A program made the translations under genes and the position numbers. From contig NW_024704743.1 of NCBI RefSeq assembly GCF_018977255.1, positions 53,260,001-53,324,000 of the forward strand: a stretch of 64,000 nucleotides of DNA, read 5' to 3'. Positions 35,600 through 48,900 of this stretch are shown here, one piece after another. The notes under the pieces are model-generated. The model ran no database searches and was not told the DNA's origin. It saw nothing but the letters and a program-made list of their open reading frames with translations. How positions within the stretch are numbered: the first letter of the stretch is position 1; each line of letters opens with the position of its first letter. The stretch comes from Callorhinchus milii (Eukaryota).

Positions 35600-36950
35600 G
35601 TGCACTTCTCCCCCCCTATTGCTCTTTCTATCCGTGTTCCCGTATCCCCAGTCCTGTCCCTCTCTGTGCAATGAGACCCCGCCCGGGGGCTGCTCGGGGT
35701 CACGTGGCCTGTGCGTTTGCGGGGGCTGGACGGGCACGTGGGGCGTGTGAGCGGCGGGAGGGCGGGACAGTGGAGGCTCTTCCGGGGGAGGAGGGGGCGG
35801 GAGGGGAGAGAAAGAAAGAACAGCCGCCGCCATCTTGTGACAGTCGGGATCGAGCCGAGCGCACACTTCGGTTCCGCCGCCAGAGCCACTCACCCCGACC
35901 CCCGGCCCCGCCACAGCACCGCACCGCACCGGCCCACCCGCCCACAGGCAGACAGACAGACAGACAGGCACCATGAGCGACATCGACGAGACGGCTTACG
36001 AAGGGCGGGTGAGTTGCTTTTCTTCTCGCTCCTGCCCTCTCTCCTCCCTCCGCCGTCGATGCATTTCCTCTTCCAAAGTACAGGCCGTGTCTTTACAGTA
36101 AGAGAGGGGGAGGGAGGGAGGGAGGGAGGCGGAGAGAGAGAGAGAGAGACAGAGAGACGGTGGGGGGGGATATAAAACCCGACATTGTGCTTATTATTGT
36201 TTTTAAATAATAAATGGAGGGGCTGGGCTGGGTGTGGGCTCGGGCCTCGTGGAGCCGCAGTGATGTGTGAAGAAAGGAAAGTGTGTGTGTGCGGGGGGGG
36301 GAGGGGGAGAGACGGGCGAGGCCCGGGCCTACATCGCCATCAATTACCCCCCCTCCCCCCCTCCCTCCCCGGGGCGTCCCTCTCCAACACACGGCTCCCA
36401 CCTAAAATGGAGTCTGTTTCTGTTGGCGGTTGACGGGTTTCACCGTTTCGTTTACCGCGGGGAGGAGGAGGGGGCACTCAGTGAGACGGGGGGGTGTAGG
36501 TGTTGCCGGCTCTGGCCCCCGGGGCCGGGCTGTTTGAGTGAGGGTCGAGGCGGGTGGCGTCGGTTGGCGATGTTTTTATTCAAAAGCAGCAACTTCCGAG
36601 GAGCCGCGCGCCGCACTCCCCCCCTCCCCCCCGCCCCCCCCCGCACCGCCGTGTTGTTCAGGACGTTGCGATGTTTTCCCGCTCTGTGCCCCCCCCCTCC
36701 CCGGGGGTCGTACAATGCAATCCCACACCCGCGGGGTCTGTCTGATCTTTAGAGTCCGCGCCTCCCCCCTTCCCCCCCATCTTCCCGCTCTCTCTTCCCG
36801 CCTTTACGAAGTGAGAAAAGGCGGGGAAAAAGGTGGACGTGGGCTCTGAAACATGGCGCTGAGCCTCTATAACAAGGCCCAAGGAAGAACGCCCCGGATC
36901 TCCCCCCCCCCCCCCCCACACACCACACACACACACACGGGCACTCATAC
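35600..36950 (+). promoter_or_regulatory. CpG-island promoter, first exon and 5' intron of TRA2A
   Basis: Abrupt GC/CpG enrichment; E-boxes CACGTG at 35701 and 35735; GC boxes; ETS-like CTTCCGG at 35779; YY1-type CCGCCATCTTG at 35827-35837; no obvious TATA box. Confidence 0.88.
35973..36008 (+). CDS. TRA2A: TRA2A coding exon 1 ([12 protein letters not shown])
   Basis: Kozak-like gcaccATGA; donor CGG|gtgagt. Confidence 0.93.
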
Positions 36951-39900
36951 AGGTTGTACCATGTTAGGATTTTTTTTTCAAGAAACAAAAACAAAAAGCC
37001 ACTCGTGGATTTGGGGTAGTTTTATTGGGCCCAGAAGGGGACCCAAGTCAAACTCTGCAGGCGGGGAAGCACAACGACGGATTTGATTGTAGTTTTATGT
37101 TCTGCCCGCGGCCTTCACATGCCTTTTGTGTGGGGCATCTCATTTTGCTGCCTCCGCTTTGAGCATCGCTTTGGCTTAGACTATCGCAAAGGCTGGACCG
37201 TTGCCTTTTTCATCGCCGACGGAGCTCGGGTCTCTCTCCAAGGTCGAGGGCAATAAAAGTCCTAAACTACATAGGTAAATCAGGTTCCAGCGGGAATGTT
37301 TTTACTATGAAAATGAATAGCCAATCCATTCGTAATTGTACAATCCAAAATTGCATTTGTGAAGCACCTTTCACTGCGGGAGGACGTCCCAAGGCACTGA
37401 ACAGTCGGGGATTAGGACCTGAGCTGTGCTGGGGGGGGGGGATCAGGGTGGGCGGCTGAAGGCACTGTCGAAGAGGGGGTATCTTGAGGTGTGCTTCCTC
37501 ATTGTAGTACAATACTGATAAACCTTTTACCCAGTCTTCATTGGCTTCCCTTGATAGTTTTTTTTGTTTTGAGTATTTTTTTCATTTTTACTTATTCTTT
37601 TCCACTTCTTTTGTTGACTTATGTTGTGTTCTTTTTTTAATTGTCTCCTTCCAACTACTCCCGATATCCTACCTCTTGGATGATATTCCACTTTGTCACT
37701 TTTTTTGAAATGCAGTGCCAAACGGGAGGTTTTGTTGTTTCTCGCACCCTATCCCTTTCAAATGGGCTCATGGAAATTTTTTTGATTTCCGCTGCAGAAA
37801 TAATTTGGCAGAAGCTTGGAGGTGTGCCTGAAAAGCAAATGACTTGGCTCCTATCCTTTTCACAATTCCATTACAACAACTTGCATTTATATAGCGCCCT
37901 TCACTCCCAGAGCATTACCATTATTTGGAGATGACAGAAAAATCTAATGCTGTTCATCTATGCCTTGATGTCATTGCAACACTTAAGCAAAGATTTTGAA
38001 GCATCTGTGAAGCATTGCTGGATCCTCTCGTTTGACTGCACTATTTTTCACTCAGTCGATCAGACTCCTAAATCTGTTTTGGGCGATTAAGAGCTAGAAA
38101 CAAGAAGAGTTATTTTACATTAAGATTTACTTCCCGGGCCAATTTTGACCCCAAAACAAGTTTAGTGTAGAGGTGGTGTGAAGTTTTAGCATGATAGAGG
38201 GTGCTGTTAATATTGTGGTAGTTGTTATCCTATAGCCTGGAATATTGTATAAATGTTACTTATTATAGGACAGGTCCAATGTCCTGAGTGATGGTTTTGA
38301 TTAATCTTGAATTTCATCAGTAGAATGATATGAACTTCCCTCAATATTAAGAGTTTGGGCCTTTGTTAAAAGGAACTCAAGCAGGTAATTATCTTGAGCT
38401 CCAAGTAGTAATAGAGAAAACGCCATTTGTAATTCCTGTCTTTTTCTGAAGTTGGTGCTTTAGACTAGCTTGAGAGTGAATCTGGAATATCCTTAAGTTT
38501 TGTAGTATCTTCACTTGTTACGATCGTTCCTGGATTGAGTCGGTTCTGGATTGGCTTTGGTAAGGCTGAAGGCACTCTCCCCACAAAGCAGGAACTAGTT
38601 ATGTCCCAGTTACGATTAAAATAAGTATAAAACTGAGTTCGCCATTTCTTTTTGTTTATTTAATGATGCAAGGATTAATACACTGTTCCTAACTAGGCTT
38701 GTCTGTTTAAAGATTTACTTGTTCAGTTTTCCAATTTCATCCAAGGAAAATTAATTCACATTTTAAACTTTTAACACTTTTAATTTTAAACAATAAAATT
38801 GTCAACCTCCATGTGGTGAGGACACCATGCGTGCCACTTCCTATGTGCTACACATGGTACAAGAATATACGTGAGCGATTATGCCTGCACCACTCTTAAT
38901 GTTTTTCAGAAATGTAGCTGTCATTTAATAACTAATTAAATGTTTTGATTATTGCTGCTTGTCCCAAAGTCTTAACATAAAATCAGTTTTGTACATTTTT
39001 TAACCCATCGGGTTGTAGTAATCAAAATTTTAGCAGCTTAAATTCATAACCATCAGTTAATCTAGTTGTTAATGTGATTAAAATGAATGGAGTGGTACGT
39101 GTATGTCAGGGATAATTATTCTTGTGTAAAGCTAGTTAGTACTCAAGTCACTAGCGTGGAGTAAGACCTTGGATTACATTTGTCAGCTACAGCCTTAAAG
39201 GTACTGTAAAATGAATTATTTTTCACTCCCAGTTCGCTGATGGATGTGATTAGAAGATTGGTGCTTTAGGTGGGTTTTGTATCTTTCAAGTTACTTTTGA
39301 CCTTTATTTCACTTGTCAAGGGCATTAATGCACTGTATCACAGAGCAGTAAGTCACCACTTCTTGATCCCAGACAGTGAGTTCCAGGTCTCAATTGTTTC
39401 TCTTTCCCTCCTCCATCCCACTGGTGTTGCTGCTTGCCTTGACTGAGCTGGGTCTCGGTTATAAAAGCACTTTCAATTTTGCTGATCGGACCTCCGTGAA
39501 GCATATCCTAGTTTTATCTTGGTTTCCAATGAAGCAGGAAAGCCAGCATTGCTAAATACTGGCCTTGGCAACATACCAAAGTTAAGCAGAGTAGGAACAG
39601 ATGCTTGATGTAGACGATTTGCAGATGAGATGGTGGTCTATATTAGCAGTGCCACAAAAATAGTGGATCTGAATTTTTTTTTAAAACAGGTATGGCTTGG
39701 TGACTTGGTCAATTTCTTAAATCTAATGGGACAATCATGTCCTGTGCATAGTAATTAACTGAGGTATATCATAATATTCCTTGCATGTCTTTGAGATGTC
39801 TCAAAGCGCTTCACAGAATATACTCTAAAGTGAATTCACTGCATATTTTATAATGTGCAGAGTGCTATCCAAATTTGATCAGTAAAGATTTTCAGCTACC

Positions 39901-42900
39901 TTATTACAAGCTAATAATTTCAATTGCTTTTATACTCAGTGGACACTCTTATTTAAAAAAAATATTTCTGTGAATGTCTGACTTATAGATGGATCAGGGA
40001 TTTAAATTCATCCTCAACCCAGACTAAATTAGCAATTTAATCTGGTTTTATTTGGGCAAATAATAAACCTTATTTGATATAGTGCTTTATCACATCGACA
40101 TCTCACATGGGATATATTGTAAAATGGTGTGACTGTGTTTTGAGGGTGCAAGTTAACAGCACAAAGTAAGTATAAGTCTCCAGTAAACTGACCAGAATGA
40201 AAAATGGGAATTTCAACATTGACATGTAAGAGAATTTTCTTTTGAAGTTTGAGTTAAGATACATTGCTGGAGCATTATAGAAGACGCTTTGCATTCTATT
40301 TGGCTTGACTGAACTGGAGAGTGCTTAACCCTGGATGTAGGAATGCAAAGCTTAGGCTTGGGGTGAAAAGGTTCTTTAAATTCTAGTGATTACATTTGAC
40401 TTTTGGTTATATTAACGCTATGCCTTATTGGTGAATACTTACCTTCCTGAGTCATCTAATAGAAGACAATAACCATTTGAAACAGTAGGAAGGGTTATTT
40501 TCCAACCACAAAGAAGGTGCTATTAGTTGATATACTAGATGTAGGACTGTACATTCAAGTAAACGTGACATCTTCTCTGATTCACAAGCCATTCCTTTCT
40601 CCCAGTACTTAATGTGCACTTTATATTTTAAAAAATGGCAGTGGGGGAAATTAATATTATTGGATTGGTTTTGTCGTAGTCCCTCAAAATTCTGGACTTG
40701 TACAGTCACATGAGCAGGATATTGCAATGCATTGCAAAAACGTAACTTAAAATGTAGTAGTTGTTTACAAATAGCTATATTGACATCCTTTTAGTGTTAG
40801 GTTGGGAAAACAAAAATAATATTGGTAGCAGGCAGTCTTAAAGTAACTGCAACCAAGCATTTTGATCCAGGAATATTTATATAATTTAGTTTTCAACTGG
40901 ACAAACTGACCAATTTTCATTGACAAAATAGTAGACTGATACAAATACCTACCAAAGTGTTTTTGTTTTAAAATTACATAATTTCCACAGTGTATTATTA
41001 TAGCTTGGAACCTTTTCTCAGAGAACGAGGACTTCTTCTGTTGGAAATGGGGAGAGGTGAGAATTTAAAGTTCCGGGCAGATTCTCAACTTAACTAGATG
41101 AGAATGCATTGTGCTTTATTCCGCACAATTTCCAAAATTGATCAGCAACAAACGTGCATATTTGTAAGACATATTATGGTCTTAAAATTACAGTAACGGA
41201 ATTTACACCTGCTGGAATTCAGTTAGAAAGATTGTAGGCTATAGTACAAATCCAGCAGATTGTAACCCCATGCTTCATCCTACTGAATGTTCTTTTTCCA
41301 TTAAGGTTAATATTGAAGAAATGGAAGAGTATTTTCCAAGAATGTGGAAGAATAATCAAGATAACAGAAGGCTAATCAGAATTGCAGATCAGAAAATAAA
41401 ATTTGAATGGGAAATGAACAGAAGATTGGTCAGATAGAAGAGCTTGCTTTTATAAGGCATTAATGAATTGTTTGAATTGGGAAGAATGCACGGAGTATGA
41501 AAAACTCTGAAAATGAAGAAATGAAGAAAAGTAGAAAGCAAGAGTGAAGTAAAATTAAGAATCTGGAAAATTAAAAGAATCTGGAAGATTGAATGTGTCC
41601 TAGGTTAAGTAATGTATGGTTTATGTTCACGTGTCTGTATGCTCAAGTTTTAGCATAAAATGCATGATTATTTAAGAAGTTTCATAGAATGTTGGTGACT
41701 AGGATCATTTATAGGGAATATGTATTATTTAGGAATGTACAGTACTTCGGATTCAAAGTTTACTGTGCTTTACCAGGGGCCGGAGTGGATATAGTGGAGG
41801 ATTCTTAACCATTTTGTTCCTCTGCAACCTGTGACAGTATCTGAATTTTAGAGGCACACTACTGAGGTTTCTAGACTTCATATTTTGTGTAGTATAATAA
41901 CTTTATTCTGTTATACCAGGAATCCCGCTCGCCATCAAAGTCTCCAAGTGGGAGCGCAGGTCGTGTAAAGTCGGAAAGCCGTTCTGCATCTCGCAGTCCA
42001 TCAAGGGCCTCCAAACGTTCTGAATCTCGCTCCCGATCAAGATCCAAGTCTAGGTAAGTATTTATTGCTATTGAACTTATAACAACATTTTTAACATAAC
42101 ATAAGAGTATTGTGCTCTAAAGCAGTTGTGGCTTCAGACAAGTTACCAGAACTTTCAGTTATCTGAGTTCTAATTGTACAGAATTTATTTGCAGTGCTAA
42201 ATTACATTCATCATAGTGCTCGGATGTGGATTTGCATCCAGAATTCTTAATCTCTTCTGCTAGTTGGTAGGTGAGATCCCTGTAGGCAAGGTGGAGAAAT
42301 TCAGCACCAAGTGTTCTGTGAGGGAGGGATCAATGTATTTCTCAAGGTGAGGAAGGAAATTGATAGCAATGTTTATTTTATCTCCTGTTGTATATTGTGG
42401 TACATAAATGAACCAGTCCTCTTTATTTTTCTTGGCTGGAGTACCAAATTCGAGGCAAACAGATTTTGCTAGCTTTTGTATTTTGTTCATCTTCAAATGT
42501 CAAGTTGTTCGGATCTGGAATGCATTGCGTGGTGGAAGCCGATTCGATAACAACTTTTAAGAGAGGAGTAGATAATTATTTGGGGAGAACAAGTTTGCAG
42601 GGCTATGGGAAGAGCACGGGGGAGTGCGATTGATTTGGATAGATCTTTTCGAAGAGCCGGCACAGACATGGTGGGCCAATAGGCCTCCTTCTGTGCTGTA
42701 TAATTCTAGGATTCTATGAATTGTGCTGGATGCATAAAATTCTACTATTGACATCATTGAATATTTGGCTTGAAAATGGGTAAGGAAAAATTACCTTACT
42801 GTGAATATTACTGAGGATGCAAGCTGTCATCTTCTGTAATGTTAGTTATGTTGCGATAGAATTGATAAAAAATTGTCTGGATTTCTCTTGATCTGCTAAA

Positions 42901-45900
42901 ATCCATTGATTCAAGTAACCTGAATTCAGATTTAGTTCAATTTTTTTCTCTGATTTGCTCCTCTCTGGTATGTGCCTCTGCTTCCTCGTGCTGGGCTGCT
43001 AGCCAAGGGCACTAGTTGCATGACCCCATGAGGCTGTTCATGTGTGACACCTTGACAACGGGTGTCAACTGGCTGTTCAGTTGCAGGGGCCAATACAGCC
43101 AAGCCTGACTTTTCCCCAAACTGACAATGAGTTGATGTCCCAAAAGGGAGCAGGAGCTATGGATAGTTTTCCCCTTCCTAACCTGGAAAGTCTGGTTGCA
43201 TGAGGAGGCTAAATTTGCCAATCAGCTGAGACCATTAAACCCTGCAGACCAGCTTTCTAACAAGTAAGGTCCTGGACCATAAACTGTAACTGACCACCGG
43301 CCTGCTTCATGTCCCCTGCCCTCTCCACTCCAACATAGATGGGTGGTTTTTCAGCCCTTTTGCCCAACTCTCTGAAACTCCATCCTGGATTCCCTTTTGA
43401 CTTGTGACAAAACATTTGTTTTCTAACGATCCTCTGCAAGGTCTCTTGTAACCTTCCTCTTAACTTTTTCAGTGACAAACCTGATACCTCATTGTGACCA
43501 ATTTAGCAAACAATGATATTTGATAACTGATCCTTGTCAAAACCTCTTCAGAATATTGCAGACCACCATGTAATATTCCATCATCTTTTTAACAAAGTTT
43601 CACCTTTGTCTTTATGCTCTTTGAAACTCAATTTTGCAACTGGATCATAATGATTGACCCTTTTTTGTGTGATTTATACTAAACCTCTTTCTATTGTTTG
43701 TCTTTTTCATAATGAGGTGCTGTACAGAATTACAGGTGGTACTTCTACTGCTGCCTAGCCAAATATATATAGCATAAATATTAATATGTATAGTTGTACA
43801 TAGCATTGTATCCTTGCTTTTGCTCTTCAGTACCGCTATCTAATTTACATTTGCCCAATACTGTTTCTGTAAATTAGTGTAATACCAACTAACCATTTTG
43901 AAATGTCATTAGATCACACTCCAGAAGACATTCACACCGGCGCTATTCGCGCTCAAGATCACGTTCCCATTCTCACAGAAGGCGATCTCGCAGTCGATCT
44001 TACACACCGGAGTATCGTTCACGGAGGAGGAGCCGTAGTCATTCTCCAATGTCCAGTCGCAGACGACACGCAGGAAGTAGGGTAGGTCGTTTATTGAAAT
44101 GGATGTATAATCTCATTGGTGAGTGAAGTGAATACTGACTTCTGTTTTGATGAGAAACCTTGGTATTCAGTACCCCAATGGGGTGACCTTATCAGCCAAC
44201 AGTTATTCATTAGCTGAGCACTTTAAATTTGGAATGCTCTTGTGACTTAATGATACAATAATTTGTGTGAGTAGCCTCTTGATTGAAGAATCTAATCCTG
44301 TAAAGTAATTTCAGATACTTTTTTATGGTATGTATATAATTTGTGAAAATTAGCATGGATTGAAATCTATAATCTGTGGTACAAAATCTACATATCCAGT
44401 AATTACATTTTCTATTTTTGGATCCTTTTCCAGCTTTATAAATGGCCATGACACTGCCTTCACAGCGCACATGATTTGAGTTCTATTTTCTGATTTTGGC
44501 TGGAACTTGAATCGAGAGTAACCTTTTGGAGAGTTCTTCTCCGAGCTAGTCCGCAGTATACCTCCTATTGCTGGTGTGAGGTTCAACTTTTACTGAGAGA
44601 GGGAGAGAAAAATAATTCTTTGTTCATCTTGCCCTACATCAGACAGGCCATGCGTCAGCCAAACATGGCGGAGGATTGATAGTGGATGTGGACAAGTCCG
44701 CTGCCAGGACTGCACCGTCGTCCCAGCTGAAGGATGATGCTTGGAGGCGAGCAGGATATGGAAAGAAGGAGGGCAAAATCGGATCTCAAAATGTAAGTTG
44801 AAAAGCTTTTTTATGCATGTATTTAATGTGTTCTAGTTAGTCTCTTAAGCAAGATGTTTGACTCAAATGTTGAATTTCTTACTGGACCTAAAAACACAAC
44901 TATTCAGGAGGCAATGACTTGTTCGCCTGTTTGCTTTTCCCCTTCTGAAATTGTGGCTGCCTTGTTCTTCTTTGTCTCTTTCTTTGTGATGAAGGAGTAA
45001 ATGAGTAAAGAAACCATTGTGAACAATTATGTAACAGAGCTTTCACGTGCTTTATACAAATTTATGGTTGCCAGTGTAAACAATACAACACGGTTGCTTT
45101 ATGGTAACGTTGGTCCAGAAGAATGCATTTTTAGAAAACCCCAAATCTTGATTGAGTTAACAGTAATCTAAATAGATACTTGCTATTGTAGTTTGATTTC
45201 TTCCAGAACATGCTTGTAGTGATCGTTGAAAATTGAGCCTTTCTGTAACGGGTGCCACAAAACTCCTGGTATCACATTAGTTAGTCACTTAACTCCCAAT
45301 ATGGAATTGGATTACACAAGAGCTAACATTTATTAAATTGTGTTTCCCCCATACTTGCTCAATGTCAACGCAGCTAAATCCTTTTGCCTAGTGAATCAAT
45401 GCAGACAGCAATTTAATCGGTGTAGTTCAGTGTGGTACAATTGACATCTGGGCTATATAGTATAAGAAATCCTGGCATCTACTATATCAAGATTTGCGTC
45501 TTGCATTCTAGAAATTATCCAGAAATATCCTTGATATGTATTTTTTCTTAATTGCTATGGTGATCTTAGTACACTTAAGAACAATTTTATGCAGGGAAAC
45601 ATAGTAGCCATTTGTGGTCAACAATCATTACTAAATGACCAATTAATCTCGAGAATTCCTGGCCACTCATGGTGAGAAACTTGCTTCTAAAAGAGGAAAG
45701 GGATGAGGGCAGATATGGGATTTCAGTGTGTAATCGGAAAGGTGCTGCCTCTTTAACTGCAAAAAAAAAAAGCCAAAATGCTTGTTCACCTAGAAATCTA
45801 CAAACTTCTGACTTGGGGGTGTGATTGCTCTCATGTGATCTACATGTAATTGAATCTACATGTTCTTGAAAGGCTTTTGTTATTTTGTTAGGGAACAATG

Positions 45901-48900
45901 CTTTCCAGTAGTTTTGAGACTGATCTAGAACTATCCGTGTAAATAAACCATTGCTAGCTGAGTACTGTCATGTCTGAATACTTTAGCGCCCTGGGCTGTC
46001 TTTCCGAGGTGAAGGGCTCTGTACAAGTGTAATTTGTTATTGTATTCGTTTTTCTCAGTTGTGCCTTTTTGTGATGTGTGCCCGTAATCTATCATTGGGA
46101 ATTCATGAAACTGTTTCATGATGATCCTAGCCGAGCCCTGTAATGTATGTCATTACAGAAAGTGAAGGCTGACTGAAATGAGTCTTAAGGAGCCAAAATG
46201 TGTTTTATTAAAAAAAAAACTCTTTGAATATAGTAAATAGGTAGAGGGAATGTTTTCACCAAAGTATTTACTACTTCCCTTTCCTCTTCTACCACATCTG
46301 TTCTTTTATTTTACTTGATTATTATCCACGTGTTTGCAAACTCATCTAAAAAGATGCATGTCCAACATTTCTTAGAGCATGTTATCCGATAGAAATTGCT
46401 GATTAGCCATAGATGTGCTATGGCGATGCCATTTTAGCCACTTGCACTAATTTTAGTAGAAAACGCTTTACGGGTAAATATACTTCACATGTATGTTTAC
46501 ATATGTATTTATTTAACAAACATCTTCACCATTCAGTGTGAAATTTTGCAATCTTTTTACTTTTCTTTCATGAGATGCCCCTGCTCTATCAAGAACAAGG
46601 TTGGATGCTGCTTGCACTTTGCCATGACATGCCCTGTTGGAGCTGCTTGTTATTGGCACGGTGTTTTTTTGCTGGCCTGTAGTGATCATTCTGCTTGGTT
46701 GAGCTGACCGCGATTGACAACTCCCCTCTCTACAATATTACTGGTGTTGAAATCTGCTATTTTTATCTGTGTTTCACATCATTGTAGCAGATAACCAATA
46801 TGCAGTAGCCAAGGAAGTAAAGCACACTTCCTTGGCTACTGCATCAAAAATCCATTTTTACCAACAAATGCACATAAAAGTCAGAGTACATCTTCATACA
46901 GTGTACAAATATGAGTATTGAGATCACATGCCCAACAGTGGTGTCTATAATTACATTTTTATTTGCTATTCAAAAAGCAAAATCTATATCTGGATTCCCA
47001 TTTTGCACATGTGGCTAACGTATTGGACAATCCTGGAGTCCTGTAGCTCAGTGGTTACAGCACTTGCCTTTCACACGAGACACCTGGGTTCAATTCCAGG
47101 CAGGGCGAAACCTTGGGCACGTTTCCTTACTCCACACGCCTAATAATAATACTTCCAAAACAAAACAATAATAAATTGGTCATTTTCAATCCACGACTGT
47201 TTGTAGGACACTGCTGTGCGAAATTGGCTGCTGCGTTCGCCCACAAGTATACAGGCAATTCACTTCACAGCATATTCTGAAAAGCGCTATATCAAATGCA
47301 AGGATTATTATTAATCCTGCCTTAGAGAGATCAGTTGTCATTGTAACTTCAAAGAAGTAGATATTGTGCCCTTGTTCGTGAGATCATTTCTTTTCTGGTA
47401 CTAATTTTGTCTTGTTGTTAGTTAATGCTTGAAGTATACAATTATTAACTGAAAAATACAATTGAATTCATTGTACTCATTTTGCAGGCTAATCCAGATC
47501 CAAATACTTGTCTCGGAGTTTTTGGTCTTAGCTTGTACACCACTGAGCGGGACCTGCGTGAAGTCTTCTCTCGATATGGACCATTGGCAGGAGTCAATGT
47601 AGTTTATGATCAGCGGACTGGGAGATCAAGAGGATTTGCGTTTGTTTATTTTGAAAGACTAGAGGATGCTAAAGAGGTAACATTTGGTTGCACAATTATT
47701 TCACACTGCACTTGGATTAAAATGTTAGGTTTAGACTGGAGGGCTGGAAGTGATGACTGTGCTGACCTTTGACCCAGCGGTTACCCATTTTATAGTTCAA
47801 AACCATTTTTAAAAAAGTTTAATTGGTCATGTTTGGAAGTTTTTGGAGGCCAGCTATATTTAACTTTGTTTAGATAGAAATGCATGACATCCACAATGCC
47901 TTGGATTTACATCTTTGATTAAGTAGACAAAAGGTTTTCTGAAGGAATAAATTCCCTCTCAATCACTTTATGCCATTTTTAACAGGTAAATTTGTGTGAA
48001 AGTTGAGCTTTAATCTTTTGACAGGCAATGGAACGTGCTAATGGTATGGAACTGGATGGGAGGCGAATTCGTGTGGATTATTCTATTACAAAGAGACCTC
48101 ACACCCCGACTCCTGGGATCTATATGGGAAGACCAACTCAGTAAGGATTGACAAGTACAGCATTTTACTTTTTTGAGTTTTTCCTCTGTTTCATTCTGTG
48201 CTAATTATTACTTTCCCCTAATAGTAGCAGTGGTGGCGGCGGCGGTGGTGGTGGAGGAGGAGGAGGAGGAGGAGGTGGAGGCGGTCGTCGTCGCGATTCA
48301 TACTACGATCGTGGATATGACAAATATGACAGATACGATGACCGAGACTACGATTATCGGTACTGGTAACCCCCGATTCTGCGCGTGTGGCTGTTGTCCT
48401 AGGGTTATTGATACTTGGCCAGAATAGTTGGAGCAATTCATTTAATTATAAATCTGAATAGAAATTGTAATGCAAATGTTTAAAAAAAACTATCAAGATT
48501 GGGTGCACAGAAATTGAGTGTTGATCTTTATAAGTAATGTTGCCCCCTTTTAAAATTCCTAACTTGGTATTGATTATTTAGATTTTTGTTTATTTTTAAC
48601 AGCAAGTAGCTTTGCGTGATGACTGTGCTGACCTTATGACCACAGCAGTCGCCTATTTGATTTGGAGATAATTGGAAAAACTAAAATTGGAACCTATTCA
48701 GCCTGATAGTTGTTTAAAATTGACTTGTTAGTGAGTTCATAATAAGGGGTGCGTACATATAACTGAGCCACCAACAGATATAAAAGTTTAGCAGGAGCTT
48801 CCTTAACCAGGGGCTTACGTGAATGTAGAACTCACCGTGAAAAATTATGGTTGAAGCAAAATGCATCCGTGTAATTAAAAGTAACCTCAATGCATGCATG

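Noticed and set aside
35519..37086. Many overlapping 60-160 aa ORFs on both strands
   Set aside because: Low-complexity Pro/Gly/Arg-rich frames expected from stop-poor CpG-island DNA; only 35973-36008 fits a gene model.
44440..44585. Possible snoRNA upstream of the candidate cassette exon
   Set aside because: No clean C/D or H/ACA box arrangement could be identified by eye.
47482..47772. Standalone 96-aa RRM ORF, and ORF 48173-48427 with poly-Glu
   Set aside because: The first is TRA2A exon 4 read into the intron; the second is the poly-Gly exon read in the wrong frame.
48616..48706. Box C/D snoRNA (GTGATGA ... CTGA at ~48703)
   Set aside because: No convincing terminal stem or recognisable rRNA guide, and the sister copy at 47750 has no D box at a matching distance; kept only as a structured-motif finding.
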